Notes under the pieces: model-generated
Seen by the model: the letters and a program-made list of their open reading frames with translations, nothing else
Database searches by the model: none
Told to the model about the DNA's origin: nothing
Shown here: positions 48,901-62,100 of the stretch, piece after piece
How the letters are laid out: each line of letters starts with the position of its first letter
How positions within the stretch are numbered: the stretch's first letter is position 1
Position numbers and translations under genes: made by a program
From: Alloascoidea hylecoeti
Taxonomy: Eukaryota
Direction: 5' to 3'
DNA: 64,000 nucleotides
Assembly: GCA_001600815.1 (NCBI GenBank)
Contig: BCKZ01000008.1
Coordinates: forward strand, 434,001-498,000

Positions 48901-51799
48901 TGTATAGATCCGAATAGAGAAAAATGGCATCAGTACCGCTAGATAAAATTAGTAAAAGAAACTAATAATATCTAATCATTTTCATATGGACATATATAGT
49001 GCTTAGGGGTATATTTAATTAAGCTTAGTATATATGGTATTATATACATGTATAATATTAATGTTTATTTTTTGTTTATATGAGGCTATATAACTATATT
49101 GAAAGATTATAATTATTACTAATTATGATCATAAAATGTTTTTTTGCAGTTTATATAAGCATGATAGAGAATAATACTGCATACCCGTTTGAAGCTTGAG
49201 AATTTACTGTATCAATTTTTGTGCCTATATTATATACTTTTTAAAGTTATATAGCTAGATATACCACTGTTGCTGCTGATACCAGTGTTACTACAAATGT
49301 GAACATATGAAATTTAAATTATTACTAAATTTATAGTTTCTAGAGCTTTATAAATAAATAGTATAGCATGTGTAATATCCATTCATTTATATATTTACCA
49401 GATATTAATATTAATGGAAGGTTGGAGGATAACTAGATTGGTTGCGAGACTCCTCTCAAACTAACCTCATGCGAAATTTTAAAACATTGTAACAAATCTA
49501 ATAGCTATTTGTAATTCATTTTCTCTGATCAGATCGTAAATTAAGCGTTATACGTTATGATTATATATATCGATCCTCAACTGCAGTTCTAGATGTATGA
49601 TGTTGCTTAGTGTAAGATATATGATATTATATTAATATTAGTATATATCAGTATTATTGTACATACACGTATACCATTAATATTGCGAATTTGCAATTGA
49701 AAAGCAATTGATATCATGATCAAGTTTTCGAGTCAAGTTTTATAATTATAATCAGCTATATGAGCTTGCAACATATATTACAAGCGCTTAATTATTTCGA
49801 TATGGATATATAACTATAAACGTACGTAATTTTTGAAAGATATAATCTTATAACATCGTGCATTCGATTATAGCTAGGATATTGATTTGTTAACTAATTT
49901 TAAGCTATAACTTACTGTAGGAATTGACAAAAAAATTAAGTTTCTGCTTTTTTCTTTGTATTCATAATATTTCATATCGAACCCACGACTTTATGCCTGC
50001 AATAAACGTTCCATATGCTTAACGCTATCGCTGAAACAGATATTTTCTTATTTTCACATTTTACTTAAAAATCAAATTTAACTTGAATACACTTCCTTTT
50101 TTCTTCATCTTGATAAGTCATAATATCCGAAAAACGCCTTTCGTATTATATAATAGGTAGATAAACGACTATTACTTATTAGATATATTGAGAGCAATAA
50201 AACTTAATATACTAATATTATGACTAGATCTGGTATAGTGTAATCTAAAGACAACTCAGCCCACTTATTTCATGAATCGAGTTTTGAAGATACTGATCAG
50301 CTTGTATCCAATGGAAAGATCATAGATATGGAACTATCTTAAAAGAATATGATTCAGAAGCAACAGGTTACAAATATAGCAAAGAACGTTGATTTATTAC
50401 CATATGTTCTCTCGGTTCAATGTTAAGACTAATGTCAACCTGGGTGTGAGATATCTATATTTAATTACAAAAGGTTGAGAGAGTCAAAATGTCAGCATTT
50501 CGTAAGCTTTCAGGAATTATTTGTCAACAACTAATAATAACTATAAACCTACAACATTTTCTTTGTATCACCTACATATAACTATTATATGTATGATTAA
50601 CTATTATAATTTTAAACAGAACAAGAAGAATTCACTTCATAGTTCATTGTGTCTATCGCTAGCTACTAGCTAGCCCAAGTAATCTATTCATAATTAAATT
50701 ATAAGATTTTTGTATTGTTAATGTAATATTTTGCAATTGCAATACCTTTATGCAATACCTTTATGAAATTCATCCGAATTAATTAAGATTAATCATTACT
50801 TTTATCATAAAGCTTTCAAAATGAAAAGGGTTATCTAAATAATAACATATAAACAACTAACATGTTCAACAGAATATTTTCTCGTGAATAGATATTAGAT
50901 ATCAAATCAATTGTAAGATGATTAGATAGTATATATAACAAGTAGTGGTGACACATATATTACATTCCAAATGTTGTATAGCGAGTTATTACTACTTAAT
51001 ACTTAATACTTATTATCGCATAGTCAAAATTGCCCAATAGAATAGCTAATTATAATTAATATCCATACGCACGATTGTACGTCTACTAATCTAAGAAGAA
51101 TCACGATTATAATCACAAAGATTTTAGAATCGAAATTTACTTGTAAATTTAACAGTATTGATCATAAGATTTGAATTATTAAAACTTGCAATAGAAAATA
51201 GTTTAATCAAAGAACCATTTTCTTTTTGTTGATTATACGTAAGGTTTCACATTATTTTGTATTATAATTAAATCAAGAAGTATTATATATATTTGTATCC
51301 TAGTGTTTACGGGTAAATCGATCTAATTAGATACCTTCTGATCAGGACATGAGAATATTCATTAAACCTGGGTAGCTAAACACCGTAGTAAACAGGTAGT
51401 CTGATTAGGATAGTTTTAATTTGTTGCGTTAATTCTTTTCCTAATTTTTGATTTAAGATCTTAAACTTAAGATTCAATAAAAGTGGAGCAAATTTATACT
51501 CCCTCTAAATTTACATGTTCAACTAATATCACAATATACTTTTACCTAGCTAAAACAGTTAGTTGAGGCTTTTTTTCTTTCAAATTTTATTGACCATAAT
51601 TGTATTTGTTTTGAAATTTGTTGTAGACAACCAAATTGTCAATATTCCAGTTGTTGTTGATAGCTATAGGTAATATTATTCCGGATCTCATTATGTTCAA
51701 ATTAATTAATATTAGCTGGTACCAGTACTTTAGATAAATGGGTTTGAACTTAGGTCTATATAATGAAGGAAAGCGGTATTAATTTAAATAACTCATTTT

Positions 51800-52178
51800 A
51801 AACTAAATATAATCAACATGTAAACACCATATTCTTATATAAAGTTTCTTAATTAGACTCTTTGTTTAGTCCATAAAATAAGGTTACCAGAACTTGATTT
51901 AATACCAGTGCTAATTCAACAAAGGATTCACAATCAAACTACATATAATCAACATAAAACATCAGATTTTCTTGTAAAGTTCTTAATTAAACTTCATTTG
52001 TGTATTTGAATATTTGTTTAGTCCATAACATAACTCAACAAAGTATTCATAATTAAACTACATATAATTAACAATATAACATCAGATTTGTAAAGTTCTT
52101 TAAGTAAACTTCATTTTTGTATTTGGTATTCGTTTAGTCCATAACATAAAGTTTTTAAAACTTGATTTAATACCACTA
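51800..52178 (+). repeat. Three diverged tandem units of ~120-135 bp
   Basis: aaacta(a/c)atataat.aaca...taaagtt.tt...gtttagtccataa recurs from ~51800, ~51936 and ~52055. Confidence 0.88.
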
Positions 52179-52310
52179 TATTAAATCAAATTAAACACGT
52201 ATATGGTTAATTTACACGGTATTGTTTAATTCCAGTATTTCTCAGATAAATTATCGATCCAGCTGGATACTATACTACTGTAGTATTAGTTATATATCTT
52301 AAATACTGTA

Positions 52311-53645
52311 TAAGGGTGGTAACATTTGCCTGGTACATGGCAAGGTGCTGGTACAAAATTCTCCAGATCGTAAGACCCGTAGCTTTTTATGACTCCTCCA
52401 CAACCACCAATAATGGTGAAATCAAAGCGAAACCTCAGAGCTCTTGCATAATAAGACAAGTAACTGCAAATATTAAAATCGATGGTGAGAAGTCATCGTG
52501 TCCTAATACATTAATCAGGCAGTGTGCAAGCGATGCCGAGTCGACCGGTTCACTCTTGTAGATATACCACACGGTGGACGATTAGCTTCAGCAACTAAAG
52601 AAGTTTTCCAAATGATGACAAATTATGAGGAGAATCGGCCTACTAATATGCTCTTTTTTGTTATATACAAAGGGGTGTGGTGTCCGAAATAGAACTGTTG
52701 TTTTGTCCCTTGAATCAGTTTATTGACCAAAAATATTCCGGACATGAAAAGCACCTGTACTCACCATAAAACATTCAACAAAGAACACCGTAACTGATAA
52801 TTATGTGAATATTAATGGATTGAATTTGCAAGAGGATACGAAGGATTTATATCAAGAATCAGAAAAAGAATTGGATGCATATCGGTTTCTTAGGAGTAAT
52901 AAAAAGGACTGCGAAAATTAATTGGCTTAATAGCCGAATATCATTACCAGGCGAAGTATATTAATAATTTTAATGAAACAGACTTTCAAAAATGTGAAAT
53001 AGTGGATAGCTGGTTCTATTTTCATACACAGAGAAACTTAATTGGAGTATATAGGAGCCAAACTCTTCATATCAGAGGTTCAAGATCCTCTACGCACCAA
53101 AATCAAGCCACCTACCGAAAAAAAGAACTTGATACAGGCGTTGATTTATGCAGGGAGTAAAGGATTAACTTATTCTACAATCATCTAAGGGATCAGGAAG
53201 ACTAGTGTTGGCCGTTTAATCCGATTGTGATGGTGAAATATGTTTCTGTGGATGCACCACCAGAAGATAATTTGCTTAAAATAGATGGAGTAAATGAAAG
53301 AGGAATTTAAAATGAAGATGAATCAATACCGGTTTACGAAAATTAAAGATTGTGGAGGCTGAAATAAAATGAGGTAATTGAGAAACGGTATAGTAGTAGC
53401 AAGGCCAAGTTGGTCAGTGAAATCCCGATTGTTAGTGATGTGCAAGCTAGAGGAAAACTTTCCGAAGAACTCCACGAACTTTGAATTACAAACAGAATAA
53501 CTTGTATCAAGTTGTCAGGAACATCTATTATGATAAGTAGTTTATATATACGGAATATCTAGTGAACTAATACTTTTTTGTGTTGCCGGTCTATGTTTTA
53601 GTAAAACCTTTTTTTGAGTGTACCAGGCAAATGTCTCCACCCTTA
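52311..53645 (+). mobile_element. pogo/Fot1-like DNA transposon relic with both TIRs
   Basis: TAAGGGTGGTAACATTTGCCTGGTAC (52311-52336) versus the reverse complement of 53620-53645 matches 24/26, including flanking TA. Internal degenerate NNFNETDFQ (cf. YNxDETGF). Confidence 0.82.
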
Positions 53646-53899
53646 GATGGGTGGACTATAACTATTCAACTGGATTGGGTGCTATTTTAATAGGAAATTA
53701 CTACAGTTGAAAAGAGAGACATGTTTAATATTCTCGATATGAATTAAGTAATTATACAGTGAAGTAATTATAACCCAATACCTAATAATCGTAATTGGAA
53801 CATACTTCTCAAACTTCTGTGGTATAAGACTGAATACTTCTACCCACTAGAAACGGATCCGATCACTCTAGCTTAAATAAAAAAATTGTATAAGGCTTA

Positions 53900-54690
53900 T
53901 AAAGGTTGTGTTGTACCCTGGTACTTGGTCATGATAAAGCAACCTGGCCACCCATCTCTGAAACGTCAGCCTCGTTTTCTCTCTCACTACTCCACAACTG
54001 CCAACAGCTGAAAGATCTACAAGATTGATCATAGCACATTTATTGAAAGGCAAGGAAGTGAGATAACTAAACGCCAAGGCAATAAGTCGTCTTGAGCTTG
54101 ATATATCTACCAGAAAGATTGATGGGGACTCCAGGTTGGCCCGTTTCAATTCACATTTATCATATAAATAGCGGACAATCCAGAACATCGGCTATAGGAG
54201 GGCTCTAAACTCTGTGTAACATCGAAGAGCGATCGGCTAGATACAGTGCTACTTTAATGCCCAAAAATGCGGGTGGTTGGTGACAGAGGAATGCTTTATT
54301 GTTTCATTGAACGGTCGGTGGACCGAAGAAATTCAGAGGATGAGCATTATAGGCACCACCAAAACGCCAAACAAGAACGACTCTACCGGCCATTATGTGA
54401 GTGCAAATCGGGTGGATCAGTTTCTCAAACTGAATCCAAGGATCTTTATCAAACCAAGTGATTGGAAGCGTATCATTTCTTCAGGAGGAACAGAGAGATG
54501 GTACAAAAGCACTTGCCGTGGATGCCCTTAATGGCCTAGAATCATTAACAACTAGGGCTCATTCATTATATTGTGATGAAACAGACTTTCATATGAGTGA
54601 GACAATGGATATCTAGTACGGTTTTTACTCACGATGGTGCTGAATTGGGTACAAGAAGACTCCAGTTTGCTGCTTGATCAAGTAGTGTAG
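53900..54690 (+). mobile_element. Second degenerate copy of the pogo/Fot1-like family
   Basis: GHYVSANRVDQFLK (HTH) and YCDETDF; nucleotide similarity to ~61050-61420. Confidence 0.72.
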
Positions 54691-56133
54691 AAACCTATAA
54701 TATGAATTAGTCACGAAAAAAATACTTTAATCGTGAATCTTAGATTTTATTAATGTAGTAAACCCTATACAAGGTGAAAAAAGTCGTTTCGTAAATTTTA
54801 AATAATAAGGAACACCACAGATTTATCGATTTTCTCTATAGGATCTTCCGATCCTATTTCCGAAAGTTAATATTTAAGTATTGACCATGATCTTAGTAGT
54901 TTATATAAAAGTATCTGTTTACGGTTAACTTTGGCAACAGAATCTTTAATTAACGTGGATCACACCGGATACTATTATTGTTCTGACGTATCAGTTGGTT
55001 GGAGACTTAGGGTCCATAATTACAATTAAAATAGATTTGAGATGAAACAAGCTAAATTTCGGCCATATTGATTACCTATAATCCGCCTTCCCATAACTAG
55101 TTTTCCGCATTATCACCGGTATGACTAAATAATATATAAGAAATAACTTCGGGACCAAACCTGGCCGAAATTTAGTTATGGTAATGTTGATTGTTAGTAG
55201 TCAGGATGGCCTATATTAAGTGGAATGATTAAATCCCGGATAAAAACATGCTAAACTTCCGTGAAATTGTAAGAAGTTGTGTAATAGCTATAGGAATACC
55301 TGAACGACAATATTATAAGAAAAGAATGTAAAATACGTGAAGTCCTATATCAACACCATCTGATATATATTTTTATTTCTTCATAACTAAGTTTATCTTC
55401 ACTTGATTGAGTCTAGGGTTTAATTGTTCGCCTTAAATTACACTCATTTCAATATATCATCCTTAATCAAACTCCAATTCACCTAGTCCCTGTATATCTA
55501 CACCATGAATACTATCATCACTAAGCAGTAGGTACAGTGGGTACAGTGGATAGTATAACTATAGGAAGTTAGGAACGCTACATAATACATGTACAACAAC
55601 GTGTACAAGCTCAGATTAAGTTTAAATGAGAAATATTTTTAAGGATTTCAATTGATATAAATACTAAAATGAAATTAGAAGGTAATAAGTTTTGGAAGGT
55701 TATCACGAATGACAGCTATCAACTTATTATTTTTGTTCAGTTCAAAATCTCTTGTTCTAAACTAAAAGAGAATATGAGGTGAATTCCTCAGTTTATATAA
55801 GTTTCATTAGCTAGTTTGCAATATAGTAAAAAATTAACTATTTTCAAAGTAGTCCAAATAAGTTCAGATTTGGAAGGTTGAAATAAGAAAGACATATGTG
55901 ATTAAAGTAAATCATTATTGTGACCGATTTTACGGTGAGATGTAAGAATTACTCATGATTAATTTTACAGAAAGAAACAGCGAACTTTCTATTAAAATAC
56001 ATTATTGATCAGATATCTCTTGCTTGTAAAAGAGCTAAATGAGTTAAAATCAATTCAAATTTCACAAAATGAAAAAGGTTATCGCAATTGTTGATAAGGG
56101 GGGGAAATGGTGGTTGCATTATATTAATTTCGA

Positions 56134-56272
56134 TGGCTTTAACGGAAATAAGAAACTACTATGGTTTTAACGGAACTTAATTTGAACAATGGATTCCATA
56201 ATATGCCTGGAGTTAGTGGCAAATTGCAATTGTGAGGAAAGATTGTTGAGTCGTTCCTCATTCAACGGAACT
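56134..56272 (+). promoter_or_regulatory. Three AACGGAA motifs upstream of the aldo-keto reductase (candidate zinc-cluster TF sites)
   Basis: ggctttaacggaa (~56134), ggttttaacggaa (~56163), caacggaac (~56263). Confidence 0.4.
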
Positions 56273-56453
56273 TCTGGATATATTTAAATGAGGGTTAAAT
56301 AAAGTTTTAGGAGCAATCTATCTAGCCTTACTTGTATACAGAAAAGCCTGTAAATGTATAAATATGTGTAACTTTCCTATCAACTTCTTTTTAACAGAAA
56401 AAGTTAATTTTAATACTAATAACAATCAATTCAATTATACCATAACAAGAACA

Positions 56454-57491
56454 ATGGAGTATACAAATCTTGGAACCTCAGGTCTTAAGATCTCAAAAAT
56501 TGTTGTGGGGTGCATGTCTTTTGGTAGCAAATCATGGAGTCCTTGGGCCATTGAAGATGAAGAAAAGGCCTTTTCAATTTTAAAGAAAGCATATGATCTT
56601 GGTATTAGAACCTTCGATACAGCTGATACTTATAGTAACGGGCAATCAGAAATTATTTTAGGAAAGTTCTTGAAGAAATTTGATATTAAAAGGTCAACTG
56701 TTGTTATTTTAACAAAAGTTTTCTTTCTTTGTGATCTAGATAAGAATCCTAATCAAATAGAACTGTTAAACTTATTCCAAAAAGGTCAGTTGGATGAGAA
56801 GTACTTAAATCAATATGGATTATCAAGAAAACATATTGTGGATGCTGTTGATGAATCTGTTGAAAGATTAGGTACCTATATTGATGTTCTTCAAATTCAT
56901 AGGTTTGATCCTTCAACACCTAAAGAAGAAACTATGAAAGCTCTCCATGATGTTGTTCAAAGTGGAAAGGTTAGATACATTGGAGCTTCATCAATGTGGA
57001 CATACCAATTTGCTCAATTACAATTTATTGCAGAAAAAAATAGGTGGACTAAATTTATATCGATGCAAAATTTATATAATTTAGTAGATAGAGAAGAAGA
57101 AAGAGAAATGATTCCATTTTGCAAAGATACTGGAGTTGGTATAATCCCTTGGTCTCCGTTAGGCGGTGGTATTTTAGCACGCCCAGTATCAGAAAAATCA
57201 TCTACTGAGAGAGGAGGTGGTGAACTAACCGCAATGTTCTACGGTAACAAATCAAAACCTAGGGATACGATTATTGATAGAGTGGAAGAGATCTCCAAAA
57301 AGAGAAATGTACCGATGTCACAAATTGCTCTTGCTTGGGTTATTTATAAAGGTGCTTCACCGATCGTTGGATTTAATAAAGAATCAAGAGTTGATGATGC
57401 AGTTGCTGCTTTGAAAATTAAACTAACAGATGAAGAGATTAAATATTTGGAAGAACCTTATGTTCCACAGCCACAGAAAGGATTTTCTTGA
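56454..57491 (+). CDS. Aldo-keto reductase, aryl-alcohol-dehydrogenase-like (YPL088W/IFD type)
   Basis: ATG 56454 MEYTNLGTSGLKISKIVVGCMSFG; FDTADTYSNG.SE; GLSRKHI; YIDVLQIHRFD; GKVRYIGASSM; PWSPLGGG. Confidence 0.93.
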   Translation: MEYTNLGTSGLKISKIVVGCMSFGSKSWSPWAIEDEEKAFSILKKAYDLGIRTFDTADTYSNGQSEIILGKFLKKFDIKRSTVVILTKVFFLCDLDKNPNQIELLNLFQKGQLDEKYLNQYGLSRKHIVDAVDESVERLGTYIDVLQIHRFDPSTPKEETMKALHDVVQSGKVRYIGASSMWTYQFAQLQFIAEKNRWTKFISMQNLYNLVDREEEREMIPFCKDTGVGIIPWSPLGGGILARPVSEKSSTERGGGELTAMFYGNKSKPRDTIIDRVEEISKKRNVPMSQIALAWVIYKGASPIVGFNKESRVDDAVAALKIKLTDEEIKYLEEPYVPQPQKGFS

Positions 57492-58749
57492 TTTTTATAC
57501 GTATACATTATCAATTTATCATCATATAATTACAGTTGAATATTATTAGTGCTAGCCTTTATAAAATTTGATATACATGGCTATGGAGATATCTATAACC
57601 ATAATTACTCTTTCTCCAGAGGTTATTATTTCATCAAATAGTTTTCCGTTTCTATTATCGTATAGGAAACTGTTACCAAAAGGTCCTGAAGTATGCATAG
57701 CTGAAACTCTTGAGGGAAAGTATAGGCCTATACCCAAAATTTTTTAATCAGAATGGCCGAATATTAAATCAATAATGTGATCAATTATTTATTTTAAAAG
57801 ATAGTGGATAATTATTCATCAAGATAGCACATGGTTGAATATTCAGTTAAAAAGATGACCGAAAGTAAGTAAAATGAGTGTACAGTATAATTTATACTAA
57901 AGTGACAAAAACTTCCCCCAACATGACGAATTAAAAGTGGAAAAACAGTACCTTCCAACATAAGAATTTTTTTTTTGGGAAACAACGGAGTGAAGTATAG
58001 ATATTAAGGAATTCCATTTATCTGTATTAGTAATATAAATTAATCAGATTTGTATATGATTATATGCAACCACCTCTAACACATCCCCTCAAATCGATGC
58101 TCTCTTGTTATCTTCTATGGATAATAATAATCAATCCATAATAATTATAATGACTAACCTTGTGATTTTGATAATTGGGAAAAATAAAATAAAACTCAAT
58201 TCGAATGTTTTAATTAATACTATTGATGTGGAAATTTAGATCTGTTTGAGAAATGTTTTGTGAAAAACCAATTTGTTATATTTTATTTGAGAAATTTTTG
58301 TTAAAACTCAAGGTTTGGCTTCTTTCACTGAAATTGGAAAACTAGATTTTGGGCAAAGAAAAAAAACTCTAATATATAGTTTTCTTTCTGTTAAGTTGAG
58401 AAACTAGCTTTCAAGTAAAAACTCAACTATATGGTTTTATAGAAAAGGACTGTTTTGTGCAATATCCTTCTCTATTAAATTCGTAATTCTAAGTGTGACT
58501 TACTATTTTAGTGAGCTAAGAGACATAGCCAAAAATTAGTCGGAGTCAAGTAAATACACTGACACTGATTGTTCCATTGAAAATCCTATCTTTGTTTTGG
58601 AAGATTATAAATTAAAAATCACAAGGTATCGAAAGAATAAAACAAATTTCAAATCAAACTGAATATATTGAAAAAGCTTATCAAACAGTTTGATTCTGAG
58701 CGTAATCATATAGACATTTCATTTGATAACTAATATCTGATCACAAAAA

Positions 58750-59420
58750 AAGGTCTATCCCAGTGCTGACGAATAAGCGGAAATGAGCCTAAGATCATAT
58801 ATATAATAGTTCGCCCAACATTATTTTTATCACAAATTTCAAGAAACATCATTCTCTGTTCAGATTGTCGGCAGATTTTGTAATAATCCTGGATATAATC
58901 ATTCTAAAGTTATACTATAAATATTGGCGTATTTAAACAAGGTCAAACTTATACAGTAGCATGTATTTAAAGTTTCAAAAGATTACGAACTCAATGGTCA
59001 CTCTGATGCGAATTTGGCTCCTGAGAGCACGAAAGATTAGCCACCTTAGGATACTTTCTCATTCTTGTTTAAACCCCATTAACTTGGGGTTGCCGATTGT
59101 GGCGATGTTTGTTAATACTTGATGTGTAAGATCATCTTTAGAAGAGTTATATAGATTCAATGGAATCAATGTATCCTTGTAATAATCGTATTACATTAGC
59201 GTATGCAATGGGTTTCTTTCAATAGACTTTTTTATCGCAATAATATAGCCGAGCGAGAAAATGTTATAATTCAAATTTCTTCGAATCATATTAAATGGAT
59301 ATATACTCCATGGTCAATTCCTCTGGCAATGTGGTTGAACACATATAATTAAGATTGCAACTAATCTTATCACATCAAAAAACAAGAAATAAAGTTCATA
59401 TCAGGCACTGACTAATACCA
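58750..59420 (+). mobile_element. Highly degenerate copia RT-RNase H relic
   Basis: Across frames, in the expected order: ILAYLNK, GHSDANLA, ATLGYFL..TPLTWG, CNN, VNSSGN. Confidence 0.55.
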
Positions 59421-59519
59421 AAGAGAAATTTGACTCAAATAAATGACATCCTTTTCGGATACGTAGTAACATGGAAATTTAATCACGATGAGACTAAATT
59501 ATCTAACCGAGGGTGCAAA

Positions 59520-60260
59520 TCCTTCTATCTTAAAAAAAGCGCCAGATGCCACGGGAAATATTATTCTTGTAACCACTTGAAAGATCCAATTATCCAGAAA
59601 TTGTAGATTCTTAGAACAGCTTTTTTTGTATAAAGATACATCTGACAGAATAGGTCCCAGCTAAACCGGTATTATCGAAAATAAGAGTTTTATTTACTGT
59701 TTTATCTTCTTCCTTACTATCAGCCTCCAGTATTCACTTCCATATTTTTTAATGGTGTTCCATGATATAAATTTGGATCATTCTTTTTTTAAAAAAACAG
59801 TTGTCCCCCATTTGGGTTGTCGTTTACACCTACTCTTTTATTGAGGATGAAATATGTGTACAGTATATACCCAATATGGGAATAATTCTTTAATCGTCTG
59901 TCTTCATCAGTCATTTTAGAGCTGGAATTTAGGAATTAGTCAACCTTTGGACTGGCATCCATATTATTTCATGAATTGTAATTATCGTTTCGTATCCTAT
60001 TCCTTCAACGTTTTATTCACACTTCAGTGATATTCAATGCGAAAGCATCAGCTTAAAACCTGTTGGAGTGGAAGCATAAAAACAACAGAGTGATATCTGG
60101 ACTATAAAGAGTTCCAGTCACCGTATTATTAGCCATATAAGATAAGCTTTGGTCTATACAAATGAAATCTCTAATTTATAAAAAGTTATCACTCCAGCAA
60201 AGAAACATAAGACGTAATATCGGGGCTTTCCAGAGATTTCTTAATTTTTGGTTAAGTTAT
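59520..60260 (-). pseudogene. Decayed gene, possibly a PARP-like ADP-ribosyltransferase
   Basis: One stop-interrupted frame reads PDITLLFLCF...MDASPKV...YILYTYFILNKR...QLFF...LYHGTPLKN, then in shifted frames W..ILEA and YF/DNTGLAGTYS. Confidence 0.35.
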
Positions 60261-61039
60261 TCAATTAGTGTGTTATCTATCTCTCAGACATTCTCGATAG
60301 AGTTTGTATTTTCATTTTGAGATTGTTATTATTGTTCACAAATTTACTTAGTTATACGTGTGATCTGGTCTTTATAATTAACGTTAATTAGTATAAACAG
60401 TCCATTATATGGCCTTAGACTGATCAATGAAGTTAATACCATTTGCCCTTCTACTTTACCTGTCAAATATAAAAGGAATATAATTTTATCCAATAGATCT
60501 TGTTAATCCTGTTTCACTTCAAATATTATTGACCACCTGATAATTTCTAGAACTGTTAATTAATCGAATATCAACTTCATTTCCATTTGCTATTTGTTCT
60601 CTATGAATAAGTCCCAACCATTTAAATGAGTGAAATACCGCGGTATATTTTTTGAAAATAATCGTATAGTTAGTAACGCTACTAACGCTAGTAATAATAA
60701 TAATAGAAAATGTAAAGCTAATGGAGACAAAATAATTCAGATTGATATAATTAAAGTTTCTAGTTCACTGAGAAGCAGGTGAAACATAAAGTCTGTTTGC
60801 CTTTTCTCAGATCTTCGACTTAGTTAAATGTCCAGCCGAAGGAAAAAGCTTAAGAGTTTTTATCGTTCATCATAATTATATAGTAACAGTGATTCTATCA
60901 TACAAACGAGAATAGACACTGCTGCTGACATTTCGGTTACAAACAGATTAGATGTTGAAAAGCAGTTGACCCAACTGAGACATAATTATAAATTGACAAA
61001 AAGAGAGGGTAACCCCACACATTTCATTGATTATGTAAT

Positions 61040-62100
61040 TTTAGTATTTACGCTTATTGATTCTTTTCCATCACTCCACGGCCACCAACAGCAGAAAGGT
61101 CCACAAGATTGACTAAAGCACTTCTATCGAGAGACAAGGAAGTAAACATCTCCGCCGGCCATCATGTGAGTGCTAATTGGGTGGATGACTTTCTCGAGAG
61201 ATACAATGAGCATTATCAAAACAACTAGTGGATTGGAGTATATCCTTGTAACAAAACTGATCCCGAGAGATGGTACAAAGTACTGCATCCCTTAATGTCC
61301 CAAAATTATCATCAACTGAAGTTCATTTATAATTGTGACTGAAACGGACTTTCAAGTGAGACAGTGGATAACTGGTACTATTTTTGCACGCAGGGAGCTC
61401 AATTGAGTTCAATAAGGGGTGAACTCTTCACTTTACTTGAGTTCATCACCACTCTTAATCGTAAAATCAAAGAAAGTTGGGAAGAGTTGAATCTAAAATG
61501 TTAATAGGAAGGATATTTTAGTCTGGAAAATAAGGGCTGGATAAAATAATCTCAGAGCTTTCTTTGGAATGATGTGAGAAAACCTTCAAATAACATATCA
61601 ACCGCAGGAAATTTTGATATCAATTCTTCGCATATTTCGCTCCTGCTAATGGAAGCTTGTATTCCTAGTAGAATTGATATGATGGTATTGTTTAGTCATT
61701 ACGACCGCTGAGCCAGGTGTTGCACTTTACATGTTTCAGTCAGTTGAAGATCCTGTTCCACAGGTTCAACAAAAAAGATCATCCACGCACCAGGATCAAG
61801 TCACCGGCCCCAAAAATATCACTTTCTACTACCATCTGGAGTGTCCAGGAAACTAAATCTTTTGGTGGTGGGAATAGCTCACAATATGAGGAAATTGTTC
61901 TATTTCATCAACAAATAATGCAATTATCACACTTTAATTAAACACCTAGAGCTCATGGAAAAACAATGTGAAACAACTAAGTAAGGGTAGGAGAGATGAG
62001 CTTAAGGTAAATCTCTCCGCCTTTGAACTGAGGACAAAAGAATTAGAGAAACTATGCCAGAGAAATGTATTAGGATACAGAATATCTAATGAATTTATAT
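61040..62100 (+). mobile_element. Third degenerate pogo/Fot1-like transposase copy
   Basis: GHHVSANWVDDFLERY, FIYNCD/ETDFQ, NKGWI, FTCFSQLK (cf. DVGCFSPLK); homologous to 53985-54660. Confidence 0.75.

Noticed and set aside
49965..50040. tRNA-like sequence (minus strand GTCGTGGGTTCGA)
   Set aside because: B-box-like motif only; I could not build acceptor or T stems. At most a remnant; tRNAscan-SE would settle it.
54103..54117. 15-nt match to the 5S rRNA 5' region (ATATCTACCAGAAAG)
   Set aside because: No flanking similarity and it lies inside a transposon relic; likely chance.
1554..57491. CUG codon reassignment (Ser versus Leu)
   Set aside because: CTG codons are rare, and those I checked are not at clearly conserved positions; cannot be inferred here.
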